A stretch of DNA of 63,333 nt, counting the filler, from Craspedostauros australis (taxonomy: Eukaryota), in assembly GCA_030167865.1 (NCBI GenBank). It is 4 parts of 4 records of this genome, joined end to end, with 100 filler letters (N's around TTAATTAATTAA, not from the genome) between each part and the next. Parts side by side here need not be neighbours in the genome. Positions count along the whole stretch, not along the records: positions 27,233 to 53,217 come from JALAGF010000364.1; 3 more parts are not named here. One strand, 5' to 3'. Positions 32,926 to 45,301 of the stretch are shown piece by piece (the stretch's first letter is position 1; the number at the start of each line of letters is the position of its first letter). Below the pieces are notes generated by a model. That model was not told the origin of the DNA. It did not search any database and worked only from the letters and a program-made list of their open reading frames with translations. The position numbers and the translations under genes are program-made.

Positions 32926-34455
32926 ATGGAGTCGCCTGCCTCGATGCAGTCAACAGCACGTCAGCAACCACAAACACCAGTGAGCTCGCGAGGTCGGAGG
33001 CAGCCCGCGTGGCATCTGCTGGCGGACCATGCGGTGGCCATCGGTTTCACAACCCGTCTGCTAATGGCGTGGCTGCTTCCCCTGCTGCTGGATGACGGGA
33101 GGTTCATTCCGGGAGTGGCATACACGGACATTGACTTTTACGTGTTCTCGGATGCCGCCCAAGCCGTGCGTGACGGCGGCAGTCCCTACGACCGTCACAC
33201 GTATCGGTACACGCCGTTCCTGGCTCAGATGCTGGCGTACATGTCCAAGGACTTCGCGCGGTACCTATTCTGTATCGCGGATGCGATGTGCGGGTGGATC
33301 ATTCTTTGGTACCGTCGTAACAATCGAAGGCATGCAACCAATGGGCATGACGACAATGGAAGTGTAGGATCCGCGGGAGACAGATTGCTAGATGCATGCT
33401 GGTGGATGTACAATCCGTTGGCGATCAATATCTGCACCAGAGGCTCCAACGAATCGCTGGTGGTGCTCCTCCCTGTCCTTCTGACGCTGTGGAGGATACA
33501 GGCATCGCCGTCATCCGTGCAAAATGCAATGCTTGCCGGCATCTGCCACGGGCTGGCTATCCACTCGAAGCTGTATCCTATCATTTACTCCCTTTCGTTC
33601 ATGGTGTATCTCGCCCCAGCGATGGAGAAGCCAACACAGAGGGGGCAAGCTTCATCAAGTGCAGGTGGTATCGCCGCTCGGATCGTGAACTTCATCATCG
33701 GCTGGGCCAAACGATTGCTGACAGCCCAACCAATGGCATTCCTGCTTACGTCCATCGCAGTGTTTGCTTCGCTTACATTGCTCGGAGTGCGCTGGTACGG
33801 TGAAAAGGCTCTGCAAGAAGGATTGCTATACCACTTCTCCAGAGTCGACCACCGACACAACTACTCCATGTACTGGTATTGGATATACCTGACGCGGAGC
33901 ATGCCCACCATCACCAGCGCCAGCATAGCGTTGATGGGACGGCTGCTCTTGATACCGCAGATCATGCTGCTCGTCGTCTCATCCCTAGGTCTGGCCAAGA
34001 AGAATCTCGCGCTGGCGCTCTTCGCGCAGACCTATCTGTTCGTCATCCACAACAAGGTCATCACGGGACAGTACTTCACCTGGTTCCTCTGCCTCCTGCC
34101 ATTGTGCACCGATGCATTGCGATTCACGCCACGCGTCCAAATGAACCTAGCGGGCGTCCTGCTATCCATTGGGCTCTGGCTGGGCTCGGCGTACTGTCTG
34201 GAGATACGAGGCATGGCTGTCCACAGATGGAATTGGTTGGCATCGGTCGTGTTCTTTTGGATGAACACCATGCTGCTGGGCGCATTGCTCAGTCCGAGCG
34301 TTGGGTCAAAGTCTGCAAGTGGTGATGGCGATGAAAATGATGGTGGTGATAGAGATAGCGATGATGGTCATCGCGTCGCTGCTTCAGACCGTGTGGCGAG
34401 GATCGGTGGCGACAACAAGAGCAAAAATCAAAGGGGGAAGGCCAAGCAACAATGA
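32926..34455 (+). CDS. PIGM: GPI mannosyltransferase 1 (PIG-M/GPI14)
   Basis: YTDIDFYVFSDAA (DxD), SPYDRHTYRYTPFLA, NICTRGSNES, KLYPIIY, RVDHRHNYS, NKVITGQYFTW; multiple TM segments. Confidence 0.95.
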   Translation: MESPASMQSTARQQPQTPVSSRGRRQPAWHLLADHAVAIGFTTRLLMAWLLPLLLDDGRFIPGVAYTDIDFYVFSDAAQAVRDGGSPYDRHTYRYTPFLAQMLAYMSKDFARYLFCIADAMCGWIILWYRRNNRRHATNGHDDNGSVGSAGDRLLDACWWMYNPLAINICTRGSNESLVVLLPVLLTLWRIQASPSSVQNAMLAGICHGLAIHSKLYPIIYSLSFMVYLAPAMEKPTQRGQASSSAGGIAARIVNFIIGWAKRLLTAQPMAFLLTSIAVFASLTLLGVRWYGEKALQEGLLYHFSRVDHRHNYSMYWYWIYLTRSMPTITSASIALMGRLLLIPQIMLLVVSSLGLAKKNLALALFAQTYLFVIHNKVITGQYFTWFLCLLPLCTDALRFTPRVQMNLAGVLLSIGLWLGSAYCLEIRGMAVHRWNWLASVVFFWMNTMLLGALLSPSVGSKSASGDGDENDGGDRDSDDGHRVAASDRVARIGGDNKSKNQRGKAKQQ

Positions 34456-34927
34456 CAGAGTGCGATGCAACTTTGAATGCTGGAAGACAATGGCATATCA
34501 TGTAATAGAATAGTCTGTTTGGCATGCCTAGAGTACGCGTAACTCGTTGAGTAGCTCGTGGAGTACCTGCAGATTGACGCGTGGTTTGAAAACTAGAGAG
34601 GCAGTGCGCTGACGGGAATGCGAACGATCATGAATCACGGTTCATCTGAACGTGCGCAAACCAAAACGTGAACACGAACGACAAAAAGATACGGTTTGGC
34701 CACAACTTCCGCTCAACAAAAATACACGCAGGTGATGGTGTGGTGTGTTGTGCTGAAGCCTTCGTGGCAGACCGCGAATACCTCAATGTGAATTCCATCA
34801 GGAGACCTTCGTGCGCATAGCGTATGTACGAAAGTTGTAGAGCACGGAATTGAACTTCATTCATCCACATATCGAAGGCAAAGGCAAAGGCAGAGGCAAG
34901 CTCAAAGACAAGAGCACTCCACGAAAC

Positions 34928-36088
34928 ATGGCGCGACCCCGTTCGAGGCGAAACAAGCAGTCGAATGCAAGCGGATCTCCTGCGGACTCCAGCAAGTCCC
35001 AGGAGCATGACAGCGTCAACACGCACAAGCAGCACGATGATGGCGACAAGGTGCAGAGCAAGCAGAATGATGGCGACAAGACGGAACCACAAAGCAGCGG
35101 CGGGGGCATGCGGAGGATACTTCCGATCTTATTCTCACCGTGGGTTATCGCTGCGATGATCGTCGTCATCTTACGAATGGGAGACATTGCGCATTACTTT
35201 GAATCGGTCGCGCTGCCGTTTGTTGAAGATTATCTTCCAGTTGCTCACGTGCAAATGGGGGTGGGCAGTATCCTCAACCAGGCTTCTCGCAACACAACAA
35301 ACTCAGTACCACAAAAAACGTCGACTTTGATTCCTCGATCAAATCAAAATGTGCATTCGAATACAAATGCGAATACAGATATGAATGCAAGCGCCGATGT
35401 GGAGACGCAAGTAAACACACGTGCGGGTTCACTTGTCAATGCTGCTGATGGCCACACTGATGATCATGGCACTACCACCCGCGATACTACTCGCAGTGTC
35501 AACACAGCTGAGAACAGCAACACCAATGAAAACAACGATGACATCCGCAATAGCAAGGGCAGTGACAATAGCATGAGCACTTCTTCACAACAAGGCACCA
35601 CGAGGAGTGCAACAGAAGCCGCAGCAACGGAATCCGTCTCAGCCATGACGAGGTTCACGGATGTCGCTGATTTCGTGAGCGAAAGCACGTGGCTCTCCGC
35701 CGTTCTCTCCATATTCGAATCGGAGGAGGACTCCAGGCAACCTCCTCCAACCTGCGACGCATCAATCTCCTCCATGAAGTCAAGAAGGTGCAGACTGATG
35801 TTCCGAAAGGCACAGCAGGTCGTTTCTTCAGAAGCCGAGGTCAAAGTTCGAGGTCTGCCGTCGCAAGTGGAAGAATGCTCCATATGGAACCGTGCCTGTC
35901 GGCACTTCAAACGAACAGGCACCGCGGTGAACATCTTTACCTCAAACGATACCGATCCATCCACGACTTCGCAAACCGACAGGTCCACGCCAAAAGAACC
36001 AGCCGAGATCCCCAGCAACCGAGAATGGATCGACATTGCCATTGCCGTAGCAGCCTTCTTGGTCATCCTGTTGATCTTCTGCGGGTGA
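34928..36088 (+). CDS. Hypothetical two-TM protein with Ser/Thr/Asn-rich loop and a small 4-Cys segment
   Basis: Long ORF with ATG at 34928, a TM at ILPILFSPWVIAAMIVVIL and a C-terminal TM. No family recognised. Confidence 0.55.
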   Translation: MARPRSRRNKQSNASGSPADSSKSQEHDSVNTHKQHDDGDKVQSKQNDGDKTEPQSSGGGMRRILPILFSPWVIAAMIVVILRMGDIAHYFESVALPFVEDYLPVAHVQMGVGSILNQASRNTTNSVPQKTSTLIPRSNQNVHSNTNANTDMNASADVETQVNTRAGSLVNAADGHTDDHGTTTRDTTRSVNTAENSNTNENNDDIRNSKGSDNSMSTSSQQGTTRSATEAAATESVSAMTRFTDVADFVSESTWLSAVLSIFESEEDSRQPPPTCDASISSMKSRRCRLMFRKAQQVVSSEAEVKVRGLPSQVEECSIWNRACRHFKRTGTAVNIFTSNDTDPSTTSQTDRSTPKEPAEIPSNREWIDIAIAVAAFLVILLIFCG

Positions 36089-36580
36089 TTGGTCTTGGAA
36101 AAGGGAGTCGATCGAAAGCAGATAGTCCTGGAGTACATGATGAATGCATGATTAAGAGAAGCTTTATTGCTATGCAGTTAATGCGACTGTGATTAAGTAC
36201 ATGGAATAGTACTCTCAATGCGCTCCATTCCATCCATACAAGTGAAGCCACACGTCCGTGGTTGCCCCGAAACGTGAGGTGAATTTAGTCGACTGAGTCG
36301 AATTGCAACCACACAAAAGCCCAACAGTCGACGATGGCGCTTTCGCCGTTCGCCTGCGCCCAACGACACAACACGAAGCAACCTTGGACGAAGGCATCCC
36401 CACTTCCCTCCTTCGGTTGGACAAACGAAGATCGCGCTCACACTCTCGTCCTTTCGCATACCACTTGAAGCACGTGCAATCCACTCATCCAGCAACCCAC
36501 GCAGCAGCTCGGTTTCCCATACCTACACACTCTGAGTCAAGTGCATTGCACAAACACCACCACCCAACACAAAAAACACT

Positions 36581-38439
36581 ATGAGCAGCTCGGATAATGA
36601 AGCACACGTGCTGTACGTGGATCATCAGGGCCACCCCGCCCCGCTGTCGATGAGCTACCATGCGACGGCCTCGCGGCGGCTGGCATCGGCGGTGGACCGC
36701 CATCCTCCGTCAACGATCACCGAGGTGGACTCCGCCTACTGCCCGCAGTGCCTGACATTCCATGATGCCAACTCTGCGTCCAACATCGGCTACTGCCTCA
36801 AACCGACCTGCCGATTGTGCCCGCTGTCCAACGCGGTGGCAACCGTCACGGTGGATGAGACCGATCTCATCTACGAGTGCGGCCTCAGCGACTGGACATC
36901 CCGATCGTGCCACATCCATCAATCCGTGCCCGTGGATTCCGAGGGCAAGGTGGAGAAGGAAGATCTGGAGACCGCGTGCAACAATCTGGGCAAGGATCTG
37001 GCCGCCAGGAGTGATCAGAAGGAGCATCAGGCGGAGGAGTACTTCAAGAGCATGCTCAGCGCGCTGGAAACGATGGCAAAGGAGCAGATGCGCGGACAGC
37101 GCAGCGCCTTCTATTCCTCCAGCTTCCTCACACGCCGCCGCGACATCAACGACAACCAAACGTGGTCGGTGTCTTCGCTGGAGGCCTCGTTGGACGCCAG
37201 AAGCGAGATCGTCGCGGCATCGTTGGCGAACAATGTTGGCGGCCGGCCGGTGGAAAGCCACTCGCTGGAGGTCGAGCAAGCATTGGATCCCTCACTGGCA
37301 GGCAAGCCCATCAACAGCATCCTGCTGCAACCGGGAAAAGTCCAATCGCTTGCCGATCTGTTGCCGCTGCGCATCCCGCTTCGCCCTCGCAAATCTCGAA
37401 GATGCCGTGCGGAGCTGGCGGAAGGTCGCCCGGGCATCTTGCTGAAGCCCAAGTTGAATCCGTTGGAGGGCGATTCCAGTTTGAGAACCGGCCATGGACA
37501 ATGGTGGAAGAAGGTACGTCAGCTACGTCAGCCATGCCTTCGATACATTTCGATCTAGAGGTTTCATGCACGATGAACTGGCTCTTCTCTGGCTGTTTGA
37601 CCGTTGCATTCTGTGCTCGGTCGCGCAGCTCAACTCTGCTCTATTTCAAAGCAAACTCGTATTGCGTTCCCGAATTCTGACAACCCATCGTACTCGTATT
37701 CTCCAAATGCAATCAACCATCCTCCTCGTACACGACCCTTCCGAATACAATCTCTTTTGCCTGCTCACTGTATACTTTTCGTTTACCCCCACAGGATTCA
37801 AGCGGCATTCACGTGCTACCGCGCATGCGGATAGTGTCGCATGGGACGGATGGATCACGTCGTGCGCTGCTGCTGCGAGTGGCAAATCCAACGCTCGGTG
37901 AAATCAGACTTCGTTTGGCCGCCTCGGCGTACACAGGCGAGCAGTCTTGGGATGCCCCCAACGAAACCAACCCAGTCTTCAAGGGCTTGCTGGTGGATTC
38001 CTTGACGAACGCCAAAATCGAAGCCGCCATGTCAACTGATGCCATGAAGACACTGAAAAGCACGGAGATATCGCAATTGGAACGGGCCGAGGATTCCTTC
38101 CTCGAATTCGGCAAGGCAAGGAACGATGACCCGGAGGACGTCATGGACTGGAAGGCGGAGGACGCACTCGCAGGATCAGATGTTAGCCCGGCAAGCGAGA
38201 AGACATCCAGCATCCGATTGATTGCGCTCAAGTCCGCGTGTGCGTGGTACGAACTGGTGGTCGTGGAACCAACGGTCGAAGGCGATGCAACACACGCTGC
38301 CATTCCACTCTCCCTTCAAATTGAGGTGGGCAATCAATCTTGGGACAGTTCCCTGATCCGATCCTCTGCGTTACCTGGCGATGACCCTGATACTGTGTCT
38401 ATCGATATTCTGTTGGCGTGGAAGGCAACGAAGCAATGA
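36581..38439 (+). CDS. DCTN4: Dynactin subunit p62; exons 36581-37513 and 37795-38439
   Basis: EVDSAYCPQCL, CRLCP, YECGLSDWTS, LLPLRIPLRPRKSRRC, ILLKP. GTACGT donor at 37514 and ACAG acceptor at 37794 join WWKK|DSSGIHVLPR. Confidence 0.85.
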
Positions 38440-38798
38440 GCTGATATTAGTTACGACTACATGCGTTGAGAACACCTTGCACCGTCTCATGCAATAACTA
38501 CGATAGCCTAAGTTATGTACTACAGAGTGGAGACGATGTGGGTCTTGCCACCTGGGCAACACTACGGATACTCTAAGTTCCACCATACTCATACCAATGC
38601 ACCTGCGCTCTGCTGTAACACAACCGCAAGGGTAGTAGCTGCGATGGCGATGTCATGTTGAGAGGATACGAGAGGTCCGGGATCAAGAGCCTGTGATGCA
38701 ACCGTCCTACAAGTAACAGTCTCTCATTCAATAATTGCAGCAAGGCGCAACATGCTGCTATTCTATGAATACGTAAGAGTGCATCAGTGGGATGAAGA

Positions 38799-41769
38799 TT
38801 ATGCGTGATCGCCGTCCATGGAACTGCTCGTCCTGGATTCCAGCTTCTTCGTGATCTCTTCCAACTTCCTTCCCCTCGGAACGTACGCGACGGTCCTGCT
38901 CGCATGACCATAGAGTAGGTAGATTCCCGACATGTGTGTTTGTGTGACAAGGGATTGAGTACAGAATATCACATGGTGTTTGAGGCATGATGAGAATGGC
39001 GTCCGACGAAATGCAAGTAACTTTCATGAAGTGAAACGCAACAGTGCGAGTTTTGCTTGCAGGGCCAGTCACAGCGCTGGTGTTCCACCTACCCACACAT
39101 GCACACATGCACCCGCGTATGCAGACGAGCACCGTTGTCCCGATCATTCAACTTACTGTTTCCAAACTTCTCGGAAGGTTTCCCATGATGATCCTACTGG
39201 CTTCATCAACTCAATATCTGTTGCGTCAGGGGCGTTGTTCAGCTCGGCGTAGTAATCGACCAGCGGTCCCAGAATCTTAACGGATCTGGGAACCTGCTCC
39301 ATCGCTTCCTCCAAAATATGCTCCGGCACAACCCGTCCAGTGACTAATGCTCGATCCTGTGTGATGCACGAAAGGATGAATGCATTTGATTGAGCGTTTG
39401 ATGGAGCATTTGATTGAGTGATTGATTGGTTCGCATGTGCAACACGTGATCAAAGGATGCAAGACCAGTATTTGCGTGGCATGGTAGGCAAGATGAGTGT
39501 CAGTGAGTCAAGCACTTCTTCATGCAGTGCAAATGTTATATTTTACAACATGCACACCAGTAGCAACAGCAACAACACCAACCCAACGATCACAGACTCA
39601 ATTTCATACTCTTGCGCTGTTCGTGGCACAGCACAACACAACACACTCGCTTACCGCTGCCCGCTTCAAGACGGCTTCTCTTGGTGCCGTGATATGCAAA
39701 ATAGCCTGCCGCAGGCTGGGAAAATCCTTGCGCAAACGCGCAAAGTAGGTTTGGTACCAATCCGAGTCACGCAACGACCCATCTTGCAGCACATTCTTGC
39801 CCGCTTGCAATGCGGCCAACGTCAAGATCTCGGCGATGTAACCAGCCTCCTTGCGTGTCAGTTCGCCAGCCAGGACGGGATTTTCCTCGACGTAGACATG
39901 GAACTCCGGCAGCAGATGGCGGATCTCGTCCGGATCCACCACGACGAATGCCGTGAGCGGGAATCGGTCTTTCCCAACGAGCTTGTTCATGGTGTAGCTC
40001 TTGCCCGCTCCCATGGCACCTGCCGTGAAGACGATCCATGGCTCCGTCGGCACGGTCCCCAGCTGGCCGTTGTTGTCGCTGATGATCGCCGATTCCAGCA
40101 TGTCGGAGATGATGGCATCCTGCAGCTTCTGTCGTTCGAACGTGTAGTTGCTGTGGTAACCGTAGTCCAATGTTTCACGGATGTGCGAGAATCTGCCGTA
40201 GAAATCCATGGTGTCGGATCGGTTGTTCTCCTCGGAGGATATCAAGGCGGAGAATCGACGTCTTCTTCGACATCGGGTGTGATACGCGGTGGCGCAGTCC
40301 ACGACGTCCTGCTTCTGTTCGTCGGACACTTCGAGTCGTAGCTTCGTCCTTCCCTTCATGCCAGGCTTCCATGCGCAGGTCTGCAAGAAAGTTTGGTTGA
40401 AGTTGGTCCAGTCCGAACCATCCAGCAGCTCGATAGTTTGTTCGTTTTGGATGTGGTAGAAGGCATCCAGCTTTGGTTGGAGCTGCGCGATGGATTGCGG
40501 GATCTCCTTGAACTTGCGCTTGATGGAGTCCTTGGAGATCTGGCGGCCCGTGACCTTCGCATGGGCGGTGCAACGTCGTATGACGGTGTCGTACGACGCA
40601 GTGACGTGCAGTAGACCGATCTTGAGGCTCGGATACTGCTGACGCAGCGCGTCGACGCGTTTCATCTCCCACTTGGCATCGCTGAGCGTGCCATCGATGA
40701 TGACGTTCCTCCCGGCCTGGAAGGCGGCGAACGCAACGATCTCGGCGATGTAGCCGCATTCCTTCTTCGTGAGCTTCTCAACGAGCGTCGGGTTGCGGCG
40801 CACGTAGGATCCGTACTCCGGCAAGCGCCGACGGATTTCATCGTGATCGATGGAGACGAAGCTGAGCAACGGCAGGCGGCCATCTTTGACCAATTCGTTG
40901 ACGACGTGGTTCTTGCCCGCACCCTTGACCCCGGCCGTGTAGAGCAGCCAGGGTTCTGTCGGCGTGACGCACAGCGTGGGATCTTCCACGTTCTCGAGCA
41001 TGTCCTCGATGATGGCATCCTGCAGCCACTGGCGTTCCTTCTGGTAGTTGCTGTGAAAGGTGTAGTCCAGCTTCTTGCGAATGTGCGAGTACGGACCAAA
41101 GTACTGCGCGTCGTTTCCCCGGTTGTGATCCTCCGTGGAATTGAGCACCGAGAATTTGCGGAAGGCCCGTGAGCGCCGGAAGAGGAATCGTCGTCGGCCT
41201 GCAGATTTGGGGATGCTTCCATCCTTCGAATTGGTCGTCCCCGGGCTTAGATTGGCGTCGCGGCTTGAAGTGTTGGCAGGGCAGAGCATGCCAACGAGTT
41301 TGCTTTTCTTGAGTTTGGCCATGGGTCCCTGCTTTTTATGATGGTGCAGCTTGTCTGTAGATGAAGAAGAAGATTCTGCGCTGGCAGTCGTGGACGGAAC
41401 CGATGCGGCTTCGGACACCGATGACGGCACACGATCGATGCTGTTGGTGTTGGTATTGTTGATGTTGTTGGTGACATTGTTGATATTGGTGACGCTGTTG
41501 GTGCTGCTGGCGCATGTGCTGATGCTGATGTTGCTGGCGCTCTTGGAGATGGATGACATGATGGCGCTGGCCGCTTGGCTGGCGGCCGACTTGACGCTCC
41601 GACTCGATCTGCCGCCGCCGTTGGCCTTTGCGTTGGCTGCGCCTGACGTTGGGCTCTGTCGCACTTTGCCGCTGGTGCTGCTATCACTGTCTTCGGCTGC
41701 CGAAGATCTTGAGGGTGATAGCGAGTGTTTGTTCCTGTTCTTTGGCGACATCAAGCGTCCGAAGACCAT
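38799..41769 (-). CDS. Protein with two tandem zeta-toxin-like P-loop kinase domains; exons 41769-39655, 39356-39157, 38895-38799
   Basis: Repeat 1: PWLLYTAGVKGAGKN..SIDHDEIR..NVIIDGTL. Repeat 2: PWIVFTAGAMGAGKS..VVDPDEIR..NVLQDGSL. The recovered exons DRALVTGRVVP...WKQ|TVAYVP parallel repeat 1 (AKVTGRQIS...FLQTCAWKP). All junctions are GT-AG. Confidence 0.85.
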
Positions 41770-42586
41770 TTGTTCTCACAATCTATCTTCCCGCAGCGCG
41801 CGAGATTGTCTTTCCGTTCAGCGGCTCTGCCTTTTCTGAACTGTGAGCAATCTGATCAACAATAAGGTGGAGCTGTGTACGACTAGCCGTGGTATTATTG
41901 CATTGATTGATGGCGGTGATGGCGGTGATGGCGGTGATGACGGTGATGGTGGTGGCGATCAACGAGAGCGGAGAGTCGCCAGGCCACCGGTTGCACCTGC
42001 GGATGTGATGAAGTCCTCGGCCCTCCACGCTTCCCCGTCTCCAGAACCGCGAACAACTTCGAAGGAAAGGCCGAATCGGAACAGCTTCCTGTTGATGTCG
42101 GGACCACATGCAGTTGCGCCTTCTTCGAACGTGAGCCAAATTCTCCCTCTGTGTTTGGGGAGAATCTCGCGCAGACACATGGTGGCGTGGTCGTGCCTCT
42201 TTTGGTGATCTTTCTGAGAGGTAGACTCAGTCGTGTGAAGCATGGCACCCACATGAGTCACGGGGTAAAACTGGTGAAAGAGACATTGTAAGACTCATCG
42301 TTGGTATTAGTCACGATATATAATATTAATTCTCCCTTAAACCCCCACAAACATTCGACCACGGACAACAAAACAGAATCGTGAAACTCAGACCACCAAA
42401 CACCACCGAAACAACAGACGATCGAGGCATCTCACTTGATGCTTGGCGCTGTTGAACTCGTGCGTGTGCAACTGTCCACAGCCAGAGAGCATTCCCTCTC
42501 TCTCTGTCTCTCTCCGTCTGTTCCCATTGAATTATAGAATATAATACTTAGCATGGGAAAAACACAGTGATCAGGAATCAAACAAG

Positions 42587-44659
42587 ATGAGCAAGACGGG
42601 CAACCAGACAAATGTTCAAGCGCAGGCACCAGTCCATGTGCTGATGGGACAATCCTCCCAAAAGAGGCACATCGATTACGTCGTGCAGCTGCCAGATGAC
42701 TTTATCGTCAAGAGGCAGCGTGTGCTGTACGACGCCAAGTCAGCGAATGCGCAACGCACCTCGTTGTGGGATGGCGTGAAGAAGTCAGAGATGGACATGG
42801 TGGCATGCTGCGAGGAACCGCGAGGCGACGATGTCGACCTGTCCGAGTTCGGTGCCCTGGACGCGACGAAGGAGTGCCGCTTCCTCGGCATCATGTCACG
42901 TTGCGATACGGTTGCATCGAGATCGCTTGCACTGGCGATTTTGGAACGGACGCTGGAGACCTACTTTTACGAGAAGGAGGAGGAGGCTGCCAAAACCGCC
43001 AACAGCAGCAGCAGCAGCAACAGTGGCAGTAGTGGAAGCGATTCTGCCGACACCGATTCGAAGGCAAGCCCGACAAAGACTGAGAATGCAAAAAAGGCGG
43101 CGGCCTCAAACGCCAAGAGCAGTACGGCCAGCACCGACACCAACCGCGATGAAAATGACAATGGTGCAAGCGGCGAAGATACAAAAAGCAAAACAAGCAC
43201 ACCCCAAAATGAGAACGGAAAGAGTACTGGAGAGGACGTCAAGGCGCAAGATGAACCTCAGAACAACGCAGGCGTACCAAAGAAGCCGGAGATCCCTCCA
43301 AAACGGTTGGAGGCATTCCTGGGTGGAGGTGGCTTGAGCATACTGAACCATTGGCTGCAGGAGGTGGTCGATCCACCGATAACCACGGCCAAACGCAAAC
43401 CTCAAATGCGTGGCAAGGCCAAGGAATCATCCAAACCATCGCCGCCAAGTCCGATGAGAGCGTTGCTGTTGCCGCTGCTGCGGTTGCTGCAATTCTTCCC
43501 GGTCGAGAAGAACGCCGTCATAGACTCCAAGATCAACCGGCAGATCAAGAAGCTCAGCAAGAAAGTCGCGGCGGAGGTTGCGGCGCGTAAATCGCAAAGC
43601 AGCAGCAAGAAGGCGACCAGCGGCGCTGCCAGCATTGTTCCATTCTTGCCACCAGGGGCTGCTTCCGGCGGCGTGGCCACCGAGCTCACGGAGATACAGA
43701 CCGCGACCGACAACATCATGAAGGTTTGGCAGGAGGCCGTCAAGAATCGCACGGATCCTGTACCAGATCCTTTCGCCAATCTCAAAAAGAAGCTCAACGC
43801 CAACTTGGACATCCTTGTCAACTACGAGCAGGACGATGGGCCGAAGCCACAATGGTTGATCAAGCTGGAATCGAAGGCCGGTGCTGGCGTCGCGAATGGG
43901 GGTTCGAGCAAAGACAACGGAAGCGGGGGCAGCAACAAGAAGAAAAAGAAGGAGACCAAGAACGCTACCAAACTGGCTATCATGGCGGCAAACGAACGAC
44001 AGAAGGAACGTGAGAACTTGCGCAAACGATTGAAGGCGGCGGAAGAGGAACGACGGCAAAGCGTCATCAAGCTGCGCGAACAGATCCGAAAACGCAAACA
44101 AGAAGCGCAGCAACAGCAGCAGGCACAGGAGGAAGCGGAACTGCTGCGTAAAAGAAATAAAGGCGGGAAGGTCGTGCAATGGAAGGACGGCCTAAAGACA
44201 ACGCACAACCGCAACAAAGAGCTGTTGGAGCAAGTCTTTGTGTTCAACAAGGAGTACATTGCACGTCCACCGGAACAGGCGTCCGAAGAAGCAGAAACCA
44301 CAACAGTGGAGTCGCCGAAATCACAATTGAAGCAAGCGATCAAGCCGGAACAGCATGCGCAGCAACCAATGACCGAATCAGAGCAGCAGCAGCAACAACA
44401 GCACCAGCCGTCGACTAAGTCTGAACAAACGACTTCCACGCCTGCGAAGGCCAACGACAAAAGAGAGGAAGCGACTGGACAACCAGCCGCTGTTGCTACC
44501 AGTATGGAGGTGGACGAACCGGTCAATGTCAACCAACCGGAAGCAATTCCCACCAAAACAGATGCGGTGGAGGCAGTTGCAGTGGGAAACGCAAACGCAA
44601 CCGCACCCACGTCCGAAGACCAGGACTATTCATCGGATGACTCGGATCTATTCGATTGA
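42587..44659 (+). CDS. Nuclear protein with TFIIS-N (LW)-like domain and RVxF-type motif; PNUTS/PPP1R10-like
   Basis: RLEAFLGGGGLSILNHWL...LLRLLQFFPVEKNAVIDSKINRQIKKL...IMKVWQ resembles TFIIS-N/Med26; coiled coil; KVVQWKD...LLEQVFVF resembles a PP1-docking RVxF plus downstream hydrophobic motif; poly-Lys NLS. Confidence 0.6.
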   Translation: MSKTGNQTNVQAQAPVHVLMGQSSQKRHIDYVVQLPDDFIVKRQRVLYDAKSANAQRTSLWDGVKKSEMDMVACCEEPRGDDVDLSEFGALDATKECRFLGIMSRCDTVASRSLALAILERTLETYFYEKEEEAAKTANSSSSSNSGSSGSDSADTDSKASPTKTENAKKAAASNAKSSTASTDTNRDENDNGASGEDTKSKTSTPQNENGKSTGEDVKAQDEPQNNAGVPKKPEIPPKRLEAFLGGGGLSILNHWLQEVVDPPITTAKRKPQMRGKAKESSKPSPPSPMRALLLPLLRLLQFFPVEKNAVIDSKINRQIKKLSKKVAAEVAARKSQSSSKKATSGAASIVPFLPPGAASGGVATELTEIQTATDNIMKVWQEAVKNRTDPVPDPFANLKKKLNANLDILVNYEQDDGPKPQWLIKLESKAGAGVANGGSSKDNGSGGSNKKKKKETKNATKLAIMAANERQKERENLRKRLKAAEEERRQSVIKLREQIRKRKQEAQQQQQAQEEAELLRKRNKGGKVVQWKDGLKTTHNRNKELLEQVFVFNKEYIARPPEQASEEAETTTVESPKSQLKQAIKPEQHAQQPMTESEQQQQQQHQPSTKSEQTTSTPAKANDKREEATGQPAAVATSMEVDEPVNVNQPEAIPTKTDAVEAVAVGNANATAPTSEDQDYSSDDSDLFD

Positions 44660-45301
44660 TGGTGCTGCCACTGTCAAACGGAGATGAGCAATTACTGAGC
44701 GAGGAGCTGAGAAGGTCACTGTGGACAAATGATTCTTGACGCAGTCCTCTATTCAAGTTAAGGCATTTTTACAAGAGTGCTTTCGAGAGTTGTATAATAC
44801 ATTTTGTGCAATACACACAAGAACGACTACTCTATGGGCTGTGACACGAGTGCAGCGGCAAAATGGATGGTGGGCATTGCTCTGGTCCCACTCTAGTTTC
44901 GTTCCACGTAGCACGGTCTTCGGCAACACACGTTCGATTCGGCGGATCCTTGTGGCCACCCTCGACGATGGAGATTTGATGCCACCTCGCCAGCAACCCA
45001 AACGTGAGAGAATTCCACCCACAGAGGCAGCGATCCAAACACCAACACAAACGAAAGAGTGTGGGGACTCGCCCCATCCCAGAGTGCTCCACCATACTCC
45101 ACCCTGCTCTACTTCATGCTGTAGCATCCATTCATCCAACCATTCATTCCTTCATGCATCCATCGTTCATTATTTGGCGCTCGAATTATTGAATTGGATT
45201 GAATTGGATTGAACAAGCAGCGAGTCAGCAGCCGTCCAACCAAGAGCCATCAGTCCACAGATATCAGATATCGGTGAAATAGCACCAGCGAGCAGCCAAC
45301 C

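Noticed and set aside
42255..42320. gtcacggggtaaaact, resembling the transposon subterminal atcacgagtaaaact
   Set aside because: The match is too short and has no TIR; it lies in an ordinary divergent promoter region.
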